Counted from the first letter of the stretch, positions 10,378 to 20,723 are shown. The stretch is DNA of 64,000 nt from an uncultured Pseudomonadales bacterium (GCA_964598145.1 CAZRAM010000004.1:100337-164336); one strand, 5' to 3'. Notes: generated by a model not told the origin, from the letters alone. Made by a program: numbers and translations.

Positions 10378-11001
10378 CTATTCATCTTCGTAGGCGATCG
10401 TTGCCACCGCTTTTTGCATCATAGCTTGTGGCCACTGGCTAGGCTCACTGGGTGCCTCACCAGGGTAGATGGTAGTGCCAAACCCATGCTGGGTAATTTC
10501 TACCGTGCCATAATCATTGCTTACCACCAAGGCGTGCTCGCCGTCCAACAGCGCAACATCAAGACTACCAGGACCATGCAGACTACCACCCCAAAAGTCG
10601 GTTCCACGCACGGCGATGGTGCTACGCTGAGACTTGACGGTGAAATTGGGTTTGTCGGTCAGGGTCAACTTGCCGGTCACCACCCGGAAAGCGCCGGTGG
10701 TCACATCAAGCAGTAAACGCTTATCGGCTTCGTCAAACTGGTAGTCTTCCAATAGCACATCGGCATTTTCACCCAGCGTCACCACGGTATCATCGGTCAA
10801 TCGAAACACCGCCCGTGCATCTTCACCTGTATTGATGCGCTCTTGCGCGTAAATTGGATCACGGCGTTGCAATTCGCGCTCAGCATCATCAATAGCGGCA
10901 ATGACGTCACCACGCGTAAAAACGGTTGTCCCTACTTCCTCTGCTGCCATGGCATGGGCAGCCAGCCCTAAGCCAAGTAATGCGACTATCCATGGTTTCA
11001 T
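10378..11001 (-). CDS. secreted FecR-domain protein
   Basis: Trimmed to ATG 11001 (MKPWIVALLGLGLAAHAMAAEE signal peptide), which overlaps the upstream TGA as ATGA. The central RINTGEDARAVFRLTDDTVVTLGENADV segment resembles the FecR beta-sandwich domain. There is no sigma or anti-sigma partner nearby. Confidence 0.65.
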   Translation of the reverse strand: MKPWIVALLGLGLAAHAMAAEEVGTTVFTRGDVIAAIDDAERELQRRDPIYAQERINTGEDARAVFRLTDDTVVTLGENADVLLEDYQFDEADKRLLLDVTTGAFRVVTGKLTLTDKPNFTVKSQRSTIAVRGTDFWGGSLHGPGSLDVALLDGEHALVVSNDYGTVEITQHGFGTTIYPGEAPSEPSQWPQAMMQKAVATIAYEDE

Positions 11002-11888
11002 GACGAGACTCCTTTCAAGCGCTGTCCATAAAGCACCAGCAGGCGCGACCACGCTCGTTCAGCTTGCTCGTGGTTGTAAGCCGCCGCATCGAGTGGACAC
11101 CAACCGTGCATAGCACCGGCGTATACTTCCACTTCCGCACTCAGCCCCAACTCGGTAAACCAATCCTTTAGGAACTGCTCCTCACCGGGATTTTTTTCGT
11201 GGTCGTTTTCAGCGATGGCCACCAAGAAACCCGCTTTGCTAGCACGCAGACCTAAGTGGGGGCTGTTGTCGGCTTCGGTCACCAATCCACCACCGTGGAA
11301 GGAAGCTACCGCCGCGATGCGCTCTGGCTCAGCGGCAGCAGCGCGGAATACAATCGGCCCACCCATACAGTAACCTTGTACACCAATACCCGCATTCACA
11401 TCGGTTTGCGGCTGCGCATCAATAAACGACACAAAGGCGCGGGTATCTGACATATGACCCTGCGCTGTCAAGGCTCGCGCATAGGGGAAGACACGCTCTC
11501 GAACCGCTGGATCGCGGAAGGTCTCGCCCTCTGACACAATGGTTCCCTTAACCTGACGGTAGTAGGGATTAACCAGCAAAACGCCGTAACCTTCGCCGGC
11601 TAAACGCTGCGCCATTGCAACAAAGGCGGGACGGCTAGACATAATATCTGGCCACATGATGACCCCAGGGACCGCCACGCTATTGGCACTCTTGGGATAT
11701 ACCCAATATCCATCCATGTCACCATCGGGTGTAGGCACCATCACCTGCTCAGTAACAACACTTTCTTCAGCCGCGAGCACTGTGGTGGCAGGCAGACTCA
11801 TCAGAGCGCTTCCTACGCCCAATAACTGCACCGTTTTTCGACGCGATAGGTCCACACCCATCTGATCGAGCATCGAGTCATCACACAT
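10998..11888 (-). CDS. dienelactone hydrolase family protein with a twin-arginine signal
   Basis: SRRKTVQLLGVGSALMSL Tat-like motif; DLH-type nucleophile region GVQGYCMGG; AMHGW near the C-terminus. GGAG ribosome-binding site 6 nt before the ATG. Confidence 0.8.
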   Translation of the reverse strand: MCDDSMLDQMGVDLSRRKTVQLLGVGSALMSLPATTVLAAEESVVTEQVMVPTPDGDMDGYWVYPKSANSVAVPGVIMWPDIMSSRPAFVAMAQRLAGEGYGVLLVNPYYRQVKGTIVSEGETFRDPAVRERVFPYARALTAQGHMSDTRAFVSFIDAQPQTDVNAGIGVQGYCMGGPIVFRAAAAEPERIAAVASFHGGGLVTEADNSPHLGLRASKAGFLVAIAENDHEKNPGEEQFLKDWFTELGLSAEVEVYAGAMHGWCPLDAAAYNHEQAERAWSRLLVLYGQRLKGVSS

Positions 11889-11906
11889 AACATCTCCAAT
11901 ATGTCG

Positions 11907-12779
11907 TTATTCAATAAAAGCTTTTACGTCTGCGAGGAAGGTTGGGAACTGATCGTGGTGCAACCAATGCCCTGCCTTTTCATACACCTTAAATGTAGGG
12001 TGCTGGAAAAAGGCCAAACGGCCATCTTTTTCCGGATTTGATGCAAAGCTATCCTCGCCGTACAACAACAGCGTAGGACAGGTTATGCATTGCCACAAAC
12101 GTGTAACATCATCATACGGTAGCTCATAGGGCGGGAAATCGTGTAAATAGTTGTCAAACTTCCAGCTGTAGGTGCCATCTTCATTTCGGCTAACGCCGTG
12201 TACCGTGAGGTGATAGGCCTGCTCATGGCTGAGAAAACTATTCTCTTCGTGCATCCTAGCGCAGGCCGCGTCCAAGCTTGGATAGCGCTTGGGTAAACGC
12301 GCCGAGGTCTTGCGTCGACCCTCGATCCACTTCCGCATGCGCGTTTCTATCGGTGTATTTAAGGCCTCCTGAATCATCCGCGGCGACATGCTCAAACCTT
12401 CCACCAACACCAAACGACGAATTTTTTCGGGGTAGATCCCGCAGTAACGCGAGGCGATCATGCCCCCAAGTGAGTGCGCAATGATGGTTACTTCGTCAAC
12501 ATCCAATTGATGGATGAACTGGGCAAAGTCGTAGATCAAGGTTTCCATACGGTAATCGGCATCGGGTGACCATGCACTGTCACCGTGGCCGCGCATATCG
12601 GGGCAAACGATGTGCCAATCATGACGCAGTTCTTCGGCTAGCCAATCCCAACTACGGCAGTGGTCACGGCCGCCATGAACCAACACCAGCGTGGGTTTAT
12701 CTCTGCTGCCCCAATCGGCGTAGTGCAACTGCAAGCGCTGCGACATAAATCGCTGCGAGGTTGGCCCGTGGTGCTGCAT
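11907..12779 (-). CDS. alpha/beta hydrolase
   Basis: LVLVHGG oxyanion region, nucleophile elbow AHSLGG, C-terminal GHWLHHD. Its stop lies 18 nt upstream of the DLH gene start on the same strand. Confidence 0.8.
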   Translation of the reverse strand: MQHHGPTSQRFMSQRLQLHYADWGSRDKPTLVLVHGGRDHCRSWDWLAEELRHDWHIVCPDMRGHGDSAWSPDADYRMETLIYDFAQFIHQLDVDEVTIIAHSLGGMIASRYCGIYPEKIRRLVLVEGLSMSPRMIQEALNTPIETRMRKWIEGRRKTSARLPKRYPSLDAACARMHEENSFLSHEQAYHLTVHGVSRNEDGTYSWKFDNYLHDFPPYELPYDDVTRLWQCITCPTLLLYGEDSFASNPEKDGRLAFFQHPTFKVYEKAGHWLHHDQFPTFLADVKAFIE

Positions 12780-12906
12780 CGTTCACTCTCCTTTGACGGC
12801 GTAAGGGTAGATTCTAGATATAGGACAATATATTCTTGGAAAGCATAAACAAACCCGAAATGACACACAATTTGAATATGACAATTGCGATCAATAAGGA
12901 CGCGAA

Positions 12907-13707
12907 ATGAGTCTCTACCCACAGCATATCCCCCTGCAAGGGGCGCTCAATTTCCGCGATTTTGGGGGCTACGCCACCCAACAAGGCCGCCGCGTTATTA
13001 GCGATTTCTTTTACCGCTCCGACAAATTAAGCGAGCTGACCGACACTGACCAGCAGACCTTGGCACCCTGCGGTATCGGTCACATTTACGACCTGCGCCG
13101 TCCCGACGAAGTTGCTCAGGCACCAAGCAACTGGCAAGCGAGCCCTGCTATCACCCACCACTACTCGATCATTCCGCCGCAGATGGATAAACAAGGGTTA
13201 TTGCAGGCCTTTGAAGAACTGCGGCACTTAGATGAGCCAGGCGTCGCTTTAATGGAGTTGATTTATCGCGATATTGGCCGAGGGGATTACAGCCACAGCT
13301 ACTTTGCCCAGCTATTCGAACGACTACTGGACGACCCCACCACCCCCATTTTGGTGCATTGCAGCGGCGGCAAGGATCGAACGGGCTCAACCTGCGCTTT
13401 GATCTTGTGGGTATTGGGATGCGACCGCGATACCATTAGGGACGATTATATGTTGAGCAAACCGCTTTACTGCGACAACGTCGACCCCTTGCACATGGCC
13501 ATGCAACTCGCGCAAATCGAGACCACTCAGCACATCCAACCGCACTGGGTTACACCCATCATGGAAGTCAGAGAGAGCTATCTGCAGGCGATGTTTGAAG
13601 GTCTCGCAGAACGCTTTGCCACCCCGCACGCATTTCTCACCGAGGGTCTTGGGCTTCCAGCCGATAGCGTCGACAAAATGCGACAACATTACACCCGCAA
13701 AGCATGA
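12907..13707 (+). CDS. protein-tyrosine phosphatase (Y_phosphatase3-like)
   Basis: CX5R active-site loop VHCSGGKDRTG. Confidence 0.75.
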   Translation: MSLYPQHIPLQGALNFRDFGGYATQQGRRVISDFFYRSDKLSELTDTDQQTLAPCGIGHIYDLRRPDEVAQAPSNWQASPAITHHYSIIPPQMDKQGLLQAFEELRHLDEPGVALMELIYRDIGRGDYSHSYFAQLFERLLDDPTTPILVHCSGGKDRTGSTCALILWVLGCDRDTIRDDYMLSKPLYCDNVDPLHMAMQLAQIETTQHIQPHWVTPIMEVRESYLQAMFEGLAERFATPHAFLTEGLGLPADSVDKMRQHYTRKA

Positions 13708-13756
13708 CAGGCGCGGCCGACGCCGCTATTATGAGCAGCAAATTCTAGGAGACACC

Positions 13757-14077
13757 ATGACTAAGATTACTTTTATCCAGCCCTCTGGCGTTGATATTGA
13801 AGTTGACGCTACCCCCGGAAACAGCCTGATGCAAACCGCGATCGACAACATGGTCGACGGTATCCTGGCAGATTGTGGCGGCAGCTGCAGCTGTGCGACT
13901 TGCCACTGCTACATCGACGAAAAATTCTTCGACAAGATTCCAGCGGCTAATTCTACTGAAGAAAGCATGTTGGATTTTGTGGTTGAGCCCCAGGACAACA
14001 GCCGTTTGTCTTGCCAAGTGATCGTTACTGAAGATCTCGACGGTATGGTAGTGACACTGCCAACCTCGCAGTTCTAA
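13757..14077 (+). CDS. 2Fe-2S ferredoxin, adrenodoxin/putidaredoxin type
   Basis: Track ORF 13595.. trimmed to ATG 13757 (AGGAGA ribosome-binding site). Cluster motif CGGSCSCATCHC plus a distal Cys (LSCQV). 106 aa. Confidence 0.85.
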   Translation: MTKITFIQPSGVDIEVDATPGNSLMQTAIDNMVDGILADCGGSCSCATCHCYIDEKFFDKIPAANSTEESMLDFVVEPQDNSRLSCQVIVTEDLDGMVVTLPTSQF

Positions 14078-14089
14078 GCAGCACCCTCC

Positions 14090-14147
14090 CTGTGGGGCTT
14101 ATCAGCCCCCTGTGGGACCTTTCTCGTAGAGAAAGGGAATTATTCCC
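14090..14147 (+). repeat. two adjacent REP-like elements, each a CTGTGGG head plus a hairpin
   Basis: The first is CTGTGGGGCT-tatc-AGCCCC (6-bp stem). The second is CTGTGGGACCTTTCTC-gta-GAGAAAGGGAAT at 14110-14140 (8-bp stem). The second matches the 39371-39401 copy and, as its reverse complement, 39422-39452. Confidence 0.8.
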
Positions 14148-14156
14148 TCGTTCTCG

Positions 14157-15461
14157 CTAGCCAACCAAACTGATCATAATCCCCGCCGCCACTGCCGAGC
14201 CAATCACACCAGCCACATTCGGGCCCATGGCGTGCATCAGAAGGAAGTTTTGAGGGTTTGATTCTAAGCCTACCTTGTTGGATACCCGCGCCGCCATCGG
14301 CACCGCTGACACACCCGCTGAACCAATCAAGGGGTTGATTGGGGTGCTGGTGAAGCGGTTCATCAGCTTGGCCATCAACACACCCGCCGCGGTACCAATC
14401 GCGAATGCCACCATGCCCAGCGAGAGAATGCCGAGGGTTTTTAGATCGAGGAACTTATCGGCGCTGAGTTTGGCACCCACAGACAGGCCGAGGAAGATGG
14501 TGGTGATATTGATCAAGGCGTTTTGCGCAGTATCGCTCAAACGATCCACCACACCGCACTCTTTCATCAAGTTGCCGAAGCAGAACATCCCCAACAGCGG
14601 TGCCGCATCGGGCAGCACCAAGGCGACCAAAATCAGCAGAATAATCGGGAAAAAGATCTTCTCGCGCACGCTGACTGTGCGCAGCTGGGTCATCACAATA
14701 GCGCGCTCTTGCTCGGTGGTTAGGGCGCGCATGATGGGCGGCTGAATCATCGGCACCAAGGCCATATACGAATAGGCTGACACGGCAATCGCCCCAAGCA
14801 GGTCTGGCGCCAATTTGCTGGCTACGTAGATCGCTGTTGGGCCATCAGCACCGCCAATAATCCCGATGGCTGCCGCTTCTGGAAGGGTAAAATCCATCCA
14901 GCCTAAATAGGTCATACCCGCCGCACCCAGCACCGTGGCAAAAATACCAAACTGCGCAGCGGCACCCAAAAATAGGGTCTTAGGATTGGCCAGAAGTGGG
15001 CCAAAATCGGTCATGGCACCGACCCCCATGAAAATAACCAAGGGCGCCACACCGGAAGCGATCGCAACACTATAGAACTGATACAACGCACCGTTGGCAA
15101 AACCGGCATCCGCCGCGAGTTGTTGCAATGCCACATGGGCCGCTGCGCCGCTATTGTCATAGGCGTGAACCAGATCTTTGACACTCTCCCAGCCGCTTAG
15201 CGCCAACGCTTGTGCCATTTGTGCCAACAGCTCAGGACTGCCGTGCAGAAAGGCATTTTCTACCGCCGAATTCGCCAACCCTGCCCCAGGGATGTTCGCC
15301 ATAATGCCGCCGAAGCCAATCGGTACCAACAATAGGGGCTCAAATCCGCGCTTGATGGCCAAGTACAGCAGCAAGCCGCCAATGGCCATCATGGCCAACT
15401 GACCGATTTCGGCTTGGAAAAGCCCGGTGCTCTGCCACAACGTGATCAATTTTTCATTCAT
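14157..15461 (-). CDS. oadB: oxaloacetate decarboxylase (Na+-translocating) beta subunit
   Basis: 434-aa polytopic membrane protein of the Na+-translocating decarboxylase beta family. It starts 11 nt after the oadA stop. Confidence 0.9.
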   Translation of the reverse strand: MNEKLITLWQSTGLFQAEIGQLAMMAIGGLLLYLAIKRGFEPLLLVPIGFGGIMANIPGAGLANSAVENAFLHGSPELLAQMAQALALSGWESVKDLVHAYDNSGAAAHVALQQLAADAGFANGALYQFYSVAIASGVAPLVIFMGVGAMTDFGPLLANPKTLFLGAAAQFGIFATVLGAAGMTYLGWMDFTLPEAAAIGIIGGADGPTAIYVASKLAPDLLGAIAVSAYSYMALVPMIQPPIMRALTTEQERAIVMTQLRTVSVREKIFFPIILLILVALVLPDAAPLLGMFCFGNLMKECGVVDRLSDTAQNALINITTIFLGLSVGAKLSADKFLDLKTLGILSLGMVAFAIGTAAGVLMAKLMNRFTSTPINPLIGSAGVSAVPMAARVSNKVGLESNPQNFLLMHAMGPNVAGVIGSAVAAGIMISLVG

Positions 15462-15472
15462 CGGGCAGGCTC

Positions 15473-17236
15473 CTAGGCGATACTCAGCAGGGCGTCACCC
15501 GTGGCGACGGCGTCACCAACCTTGGTATGCACCGTGGTCACGGTGCCTGCCTTAGGTGCGCGAATTTCAGTTTCCATTTTCATCGCCTCAAGGATGATCA
15601 GCAAATCACCCTCTTCCACTAGATCACCTGGTGCGACGTCGATGCGGAAAATAGTGCCCGACAAGGGCGATGGCACATCTTCGCCGCCACTAGCAGGAAC
15701 CGCCGCAGAGGCCGCTACAGGGGTTGCACCACCCACCGGCGCCAACGCGGTAACATCACCGCCGGCGCTGACTTCAACTGTGTAGCTGCTGCCATTAACG
15801 TTGACCGTGTACACGCCTGATTCGCTCGCCAGTGGCTCTTGGCCCGGCGCGGGTTCAAAGGCCTCTGGATTGTTGCGGTTAGCCAAAAATTTCAGCCCCA
15901 CTTGCGGAAACAGTGCGTAGGTTAAAACATCGTCGATGGCCTCAGCCGCCAAGGTGATGCCCTGATCCTTAGCGTGAGCTGACAATTCCTCGGTGAGTTT
16001 GTCGAGCTCAGGCTCAATTAAGTCTGCTGGACGGCAGGTAATCGCTTCCGCACCATCCAATACGCGCGCCTGCAATTCTGCGTTAACAGGTGCGGGTGTG
16101 GCGCCGTATTCACCCTTCAAAACCCGTTGGGTCTCTTTTGAAATCGATTTGTAGCGCTCGCCGGTGAGTACATTCAACACCGCTTGGGTGCCTACGATCT
16201 GCGAGGTAGGAGTCACCAAGGGGATGAACCCCAAATCTTCACGAACACGGGGAATTTCCGCCAACACCTGATCAAATTTATCCGACGCGCCTTGGTCGCG
16301 CAGCTGGTTTTCCATGTTGGTCAGCATGCCGCCGGGTACTTGAGCAGTGAGAATACGGGCGTCTACACCGCGCAAACTGCCTTCAAACTTGGCGTATTTT
16401 TTACGAACTTCACGGAAATAACTGGCAATCTCTTCCAAGGCGTTAAGGTCAAGCCCAGTATCGCGCTCCGTGCCTTGTAAGATAGCCACTAAGGTTTCGG
16501 TCGGGCTATGACCATAGGTCATCGACATAGAAGAGATCGCGGTATCGACGTTATCGATACCAGCTTCAATACACTTCAACGCAGTGGCGGTGGACAAGCC
16601 CGTGGTAGCGTGACACTGCATATGAATCGGAATATCCACCGCCGCTTTCAAGCGAGACACCAGTTCAAAACCAACGTAGGGCGTTAACAGACCAGCCATG
16701 TCTTTAATGGCGATGGAATCGGCGCCCATGTCTTCCAATTGCTTGCCAAGGGCCACCCACATTTCGATGTCGTGTACCGGGCTCAAGGTATAGGAAATGG
16801 TGCCCTGAGCGTGCTTGCCGACATTCTTAACGGCTTTAAGCGCGGTTTCGAGATTGCGCATATCGTTCATCGCATCGAACACACGGAACACATCGACGCC
16901 GTTAATTGCGGCGCGTTCGACAAATTTTTGCACCACGTCATCCGCGTAGTGGCGGTAGCCCAAGATATTCTGGCCACGGAACAACATTTGCTGTGGCGTA
17001 TTGGGCATCGCCTTTTTCAATTCGCGGATGCGATCCCAAGGATCTTCCCCTAAGTAGCGAATACAGGCATCAAAGGTGGCTCCGCCCCATGACTCCAAAG
17101 ACCAAAAACCAATCTTGTCGAGCTTTTCGGCGATAGGCAGCATGTCATCGATACGCAGTCGCGTAGCGAATAGTGACTGGTGGGCGTCGCGCAGCACGAC
17201 ATCGGTAATACCTAAAGGTTTGTTGTTTTCACTCAT
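15473..17236 (-). CDS. oadA: oxaloacetate decarboxylase alpha subunit (carboxyltransferase + biotinyl domain)
   Basis: [16 protein letters not shown] carboxyltransferase N-terminus, an Ala/Pro linker and the biotinylation motif EAMKMET. Start set to ATG 17236 because the track start 17245 is a GTG with no ribosome-binding site. Confidence 0.9.
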   Translation of the reverse strand: MSENNKPLGITDVVLRDAHQSLFATRLRIDDMLPIAEKLDKIGFWSLESWGGATFDACIRYLGEDPWDRIRELKKAMPNTPQQMLFRGQNILGYRHYADDVVQKFVERAAINGVDVFRVFDAMNDMRNLETALKAVKNVGKHAQGTISYTLSPVHDIEMWVALGKQLEDMGADSIAIKDMAGLLTPYVGFELVSRLKAAVDIPIHMQCHATTGLSTATALKCIEAGIDNVDTAISSMSMTYGHSPTETLVAILQGTERDTGLDLNALEEIASYFREVRKKYAKFEGSLRGVDARILTAQVPGGMLTNMENQLRDQGASDKFDQVLAEIPRVREDLGFIPLVTPTSQIVGTQAVLNVLTGERYKSISKETQRVLKGEYGATPAPVNAELQARVLDGAEAITCRPADLIEPELDKLTEELSAHAKDQGITLAAEAIDDVLTYALFPQVGLKFLANRNNPEAFEPAPGQEPLASESGVYTVNVNGSSYTVEVSAGGDVTALAPVGGATPVAASAAVPASGGEDVPSPLSGTIFRIDVAPGDLVEEGDLLIILEAMKMETEIRAPKAGTVTTVHTKVGDAVATGDALLSIA

Positions 17237-17260
17237 AGGATCCACTTCTATTGAAAAGGA

Positions 17261-17506
17261 TTAACGGCGTTCGCGACGGTACTCTTGTACCGCCAGACCA
17301 ATAGCTTGCAGCACATCGGGATCAACCGACTGGACAGTCTTGGCTTGTCGTTTTGCGGGCGCGACTGGAGCGGGCTCAGGTGCGTAACGCGCGATCAATT
17401 GCGACATCGCCGTGGTGGCAAGAACTAGAATAAACAGAAATATAAACACGGTGCCCATCCCATAGATGAGCAGCTGTATCGACTCGTTGAGAATATCGCC
17501 TTGCAT
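17261..17506 (-). CDS. oadG: oxaloacetate decarboxylase gamma subunit
   Basis: Small protein with a single N-terminal TM helix (LLIYGMGTVFIFLFILVLATT), located directly upstream of oadA. ATG 17506 has a GGAGAG ribosome-binding site; the track start 17518 is a TTG. Confidence 0.7.
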   Translation of the reverse strand: MQGDILNESIQLLIYGMGTVFIFLFILVLATTAMSQLIARYAPEPAPVAPAKRQAKTVQSVDPDVLQAIGLAVQEYRRERR

Positions 17507-17532
17507 CGCGCTCTCCAACCAGGGGTGTGAAT

Positions 17533-17550
17533 GCCCGCCACAGGGCGGGC
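17533..17550 (-). other. GC hairpin (7-bp stem, 4-nt loop) in the 38-nt pyk-oadG spacer; no U-tract
   Basis: GCCCGCC-acag-GGCGGGC read directly. It may be a partial terminator, a processing site or a stabiliser. Confidence 0.35.
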
Positions 17551-17556
17551 CTTGGA

Positions 17557-19014
17557 TTACTCGGTTACCCGAACAATTTGCATGGTGTCCGTACCACCCA
17601 ACAAACCAATTTGGTTACCACGTGAAAGAATGACAACGTCACCAACGTTGACGTGACCAGCGTCTTTCAGGGCTTGAATAGATTTGTGGGTCATTTCCTC
17701 GATATCCATACCTTTGGGGTCAAAGGGTACCGATTGAACACCGCGGTATAGCATCATCTTGCGCTGCGCCTTAACACTAGGCGATAGTGCAAAAATCGGC
17801 AAACCAGAACTAATGCGAGACATCACACGCGGGGTGTGTCCCGACTCGGTCAAGGCGATAATAGCCTTCACACCCACCAGGTGGTTGGCCGAGTACATCA
17901 CTGCCAACGCAATGGTTTCGTCAACGTGCTCGTACTCTTGATCCATACGGTGGCGCGAGCGTTGAATTTCGCGCTGCGCCTCGGCACCCATGATCACTCG
18001 CACCATCGCTTTTACCGTCTGCACGGGGTAGTTACCCGCAGCGGTTTCACCCGACAGCATCACCGCATCGGTACCGTCCAAGACCGCGTTCGCCACGTCG
18101 AACACTTCAGCACGGGTCGGCAGTTGTGAGTTGATCATCGACTCCATCATTTGGGTTGCTGTAATCACCACTTTGTTCATTTGACGGGCGCGTTTGATGA
18201 TGCGTTTTTGCACGCCCACCAAGCTAGCATCGCCAATTTCCACGCCAAGATCACCTCGCGCGACCATCACCGCGTCGCTTGCGGCGATCATATCGTCTAG
18301 CGCTTCAGCGGTAGCTACCGTCTCAGCGCGCTCAATTTTGGCCACAATGCCAGCGTTACCACCGGCTGCTAGCATCAACTCGCGCGCGCGCTCGATGTCT
18401 GCACCACTGCGTGGGAAGGACACCGCCAGGTATTCAACGTCGAGAGCTGCTGCGGTTTTGATATCGCGCAGATCCTTCTCGGTCAATGCGGGGGCCGATA
18501 AACCACCACCTTGTAGGTTGATTCCCTTGTTGTTAGACAAGTCGCCACCCACGGTGACGATGGTGTGAACCTTGTTACCTTCGATACTGTCGACCTGCAT
18601 TTGCACGCGGCCGTCGTCCAGCATCAAGATATCGCCGGGTTTACAGTCGTTAGGCAGGTCCTCGTAATCGAGACCGACCGCGGTTTGGTGGCCAGCCAGC
18701 TTATCCATACCCGCGTCCAAGGTGAATCTATCGCCCTCTTTGAGGAAGATTTTCTTGTCGGCAAAGCGCGCGATGCGAATCTTGGGACCTTGCAGATCAC
18801 CCAATACCGCCACGAACAGGCGGTGGCGGATACTGATTTCACGAACCATTTCAACACGGCGGCGGTGTTCATCCGGATCGCCGTGTGAAAAGTTGATGCG
18901 CACCACGTTGACACCCGCCAACAGCAGTTTTTCCAGGGTAGCTGGATCGTCCGTCGCCGGGCCAAGCGTCGCGACAATTTTGGTGCGACGCAGTTGTGGA
19001 TTAGCTTGTGTCAT
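17557..19014 (-). CDS. pyk: pyruvate kinase
   Basis: RRTKIVATLGPATD N-terminus and MVARGDLGVEI. 485 aa. Confidence 0.95.
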   Translation of the reverse strand: MTQANPQLRRTKIVATLGPATDDPATLEKLLLAGVNVVRINFSHGDPDEHRRRVEMVREISIRHRLFVAVLGDLQGPKIRIARFADKKIFLKEGDRFTLDAGMDKLAGHQTAVGLDYEDLPNDCKPGDILMLDDGRVQMQVDSIEGNKVHTIVTVGGDLSNNKGINLQGGGLSAPALTEKDLRDIKTAAALDVEYLAVSFPRSGADIERARELMLAAGGNAGIVAKIERAETVATAEALDDMIAASDAVMVARGDLGVEIGDASLVGVQKRIIKRARQMNKVVITATQMMESMINSQLPTRAEVFDVANAVLDGTDAVMLSGETAAGNYPVQTVKAMVRVIMGAEAQREIQRSRHRMDQEYEHVDETIALAVMYSANHLVGVKAIIALTESGHTPRVMSRISSGLPIFALSPSVKAQRKMMLYRGVQSVPFDPKGMDIEEMTHKSIQALKDAGHVNVGDVVILSRGNQIGLLGGTDTMQIVRVTE

Positions 19015-19024
19015 GATGTCTCTC

Positions 19025-20035
19025 TTACTTGGCTGCCATCAGGGCGATGGTGTTATCCAGCATACGGTTTGAGAAACCCCACTCGTTGTCATACCAAGAC
19101 ATCACCTTCACAAAGGTACCAGAGACTTTGGTTTGGGTAGCGTCAAAGTTCGATGAAGCGGGCTGGTGGTTGAAATCGATCGACACCAGGGGCTCTTCGT
19201 TGTAGGTCAATACGCCTTTCAGTGGGCCGTTTTCAGAAGCCGCTTTCATCAGGGCATTAATCTCTTCCGCGGTGGTTTCACGCTTGGCTACAAAGTTCAG
19301 GTCTACCAGTGATACGTTGATGGTGGGAACGCGCACAGCCATACCATCCAACTTGCCATTCAGCTCTGGCAATACCAGGCCAACCGCTTTCGCCGCACCG
19401 GTCGCGGTGGGGATCATCGACTGCGTGGCAGAACGCGCACGGTACATGTCTTGGTGGTACACGTCGCTCAGGTTCTGGTCATTGGTATAGGCGTGAATCG
19501 TGGTCATCTGACCCGTTTCAATACCAATCGCATCATTCAAGACTTTTGCCACGGGCGCCAGGCAGTTGGTGGTGCATGAGGCGTTTGAAATAATGGTGGC
19601 ATCGGCGGTCAACACATCTTGGTTAACGCCGTAAACCACTGTGGCATCAACATCTTTGCCGGGGGCAGAAATGATAACTTTTTTAGCGCCAGCCGCAATG
19701 TGTTTACCGGCGGTTTCACGCGAAGTAAAGATACCGGTGCACTCGTAAACCACGTCGATATTCATCTCGCCCCAAGGCAAGTTGGCAGGATCGCGCTCAG
19801 AAACGAATCGAATCTCGTCGCCCGCGACGGTCATCACGTCGCCGTCCAAGCTAACATCGAAACCAAAACGACCGTGCACTGAATCGTAGCGTGTCAGGTG
19901 CGCGTTCAATTTAGCATCACCCAAATCGTTAACCGCAACGATCTGGATACGATCGCGGTAACCACCCTCGTACAGGGCTTTCAGAATATTGCGGCCGATA
20001 CGACCAAAACCATTAATTGCAACACGAATAGTCAT
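19025..20035 (-). CDS. gap: glyceraldehyde-3-phosphate dehydrogenase
   Basis: Trimmed to ATG 20035 ([16 protein letters not shown]). Active site [12 protein letters not shown]. Confidence 0.95.
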   Translation of the reverse strand: MTIRVAINGFGRIGRNILKALYEGGYRDRIQIVAVNDLGDAKLNAHLTRYDSVHGRFGFDVSLDGDVMTVAGDEIRFVSERDPANLPWGEMNIDVVYECTGIFTSRETAGKHIAAGAKKVIISAPGKDVDATVVYGVNQDVLTADATIISNASCTTNCLAPVAKVLNDAIGIETGQMTTIHAYTNDQNLSDVYHQDMYRARSATQSMIPTATGAAKAVGLVLPELNGKLDGMAVRVPTINVSLVDLNFVAKRETTAEEINALMKAASENGPLKGVLTYNEEPLVSIDFNHQPASSNFDATQTKVSGTFVKVMSWYDNEWGFSNRMLDNTIALMAAK

Positions 20036-20083
20036 TTCAAAACTCCAAGTAACGCGGCTTGTGGCCGCTAAAATCAATATTAA

Positions 20084-20713
20084 TTAGTTTGCCAGCGCCG
20101 CTGCTTCAGCGGCCAGTGCAGTAATCTCGTCCCAGCGACCCTCGGCCATCAATTCGGCCGGTGCCAACCATGAACCACCCACGCAAGCCACGTTAGGCAG
20201 CGCCAGATATTGCTTAGCTTTTTCCAAGTTGATACCACCGGTGGGGCAGAACAGTGCTTGCGGCAATGGGCCATGGATAGATTTCAGCATGGGCATGCCA
20301 CCCGCGGCTTCAGCGGGGAAAAACTTCATACGCGAAATTCCTCGCTCCAACAGTGCCATCACTTCAGAAGGCGAGTTGACACCGGGCAACAGAGGCACTG
20401 ATTGGCTCAGTGCTTTGTCGATCAAGGCGGGCGTTGAGCCAGGGCTGACTAAGAAGTCAGAACCTGCAGCCACCGCCGCATCCAACAGTTCGGGGGTATT
20501 CACAGTACCTGCGCCGACGATAGCCTCGGGTACGGCGTCCTTCATGGCGCGAATCGCCTCCAAGGCGCAGTCGGTGCGCAGGGTAATTTCTAGAACACGC
20601 AGGCCGCCAGCCACAAGGGCCTTCGCCAGAGGTACCGCGTGTTCCAGCTTTTCAATGACCAATACAGGTACCACGGGGGCAGCGGTCATTACTTCATCGA
20701 TGTTGTAGCTCAT
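20084..20713 (-). CDS. eda: 2-keto-3-deoxy-6-phosphogluconate (KDPG) aldolase
   Basis: Trimmed to ATG 20713 (AAGGA ribosome-binding site). VPVLVI, LEITLRT and KFFPAEAAGG are Eda-family motifs. Confidence 0.9.
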   Translation of the reverse strand: MSYNIDEVMTAAPVVPVLVIEKLEHAVPLAKALVAGGLRVLEITLRTDCALEAIRAMKDAVPEAIVGAGTVNTPELLDAAVAAGSDFLVSPGSTPALIDKALSQSVPLLPGVNSPSEVMALLERGISRMKFFPAEAAGGMPMLKSIHGPLPQALFCPTGGINLEKAKQYLALPNVACVGGSWLAPAELMAEGRWDEITALAAEAAALAN

Positions 20714-20723
20714 AGTGTTTCCT

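Noticed and set aside
15473-17236. oadA considered as the B subunit of a two-subunit pyruvate carboxylase
   Set aside because: It is flanked by the membrane beta subunit and the small gamma subunit of the Na+ pump, and no biotin carboxylase (PycA-type) gene is adjacent. Oxaloacetate decarboxylase is therefore the better call.
17533-17550. The pyk-oadG hairpin (minus-strand loop reads CTGT, giving CCCTGTGGCGGG) considered as another copy of the CTGTGGG REP family
   Set aside because: Only six bases coincide, and here they form the loop and stem rather than a head preceding a hairpin. The GACC and GGGAAT flanks are absent.
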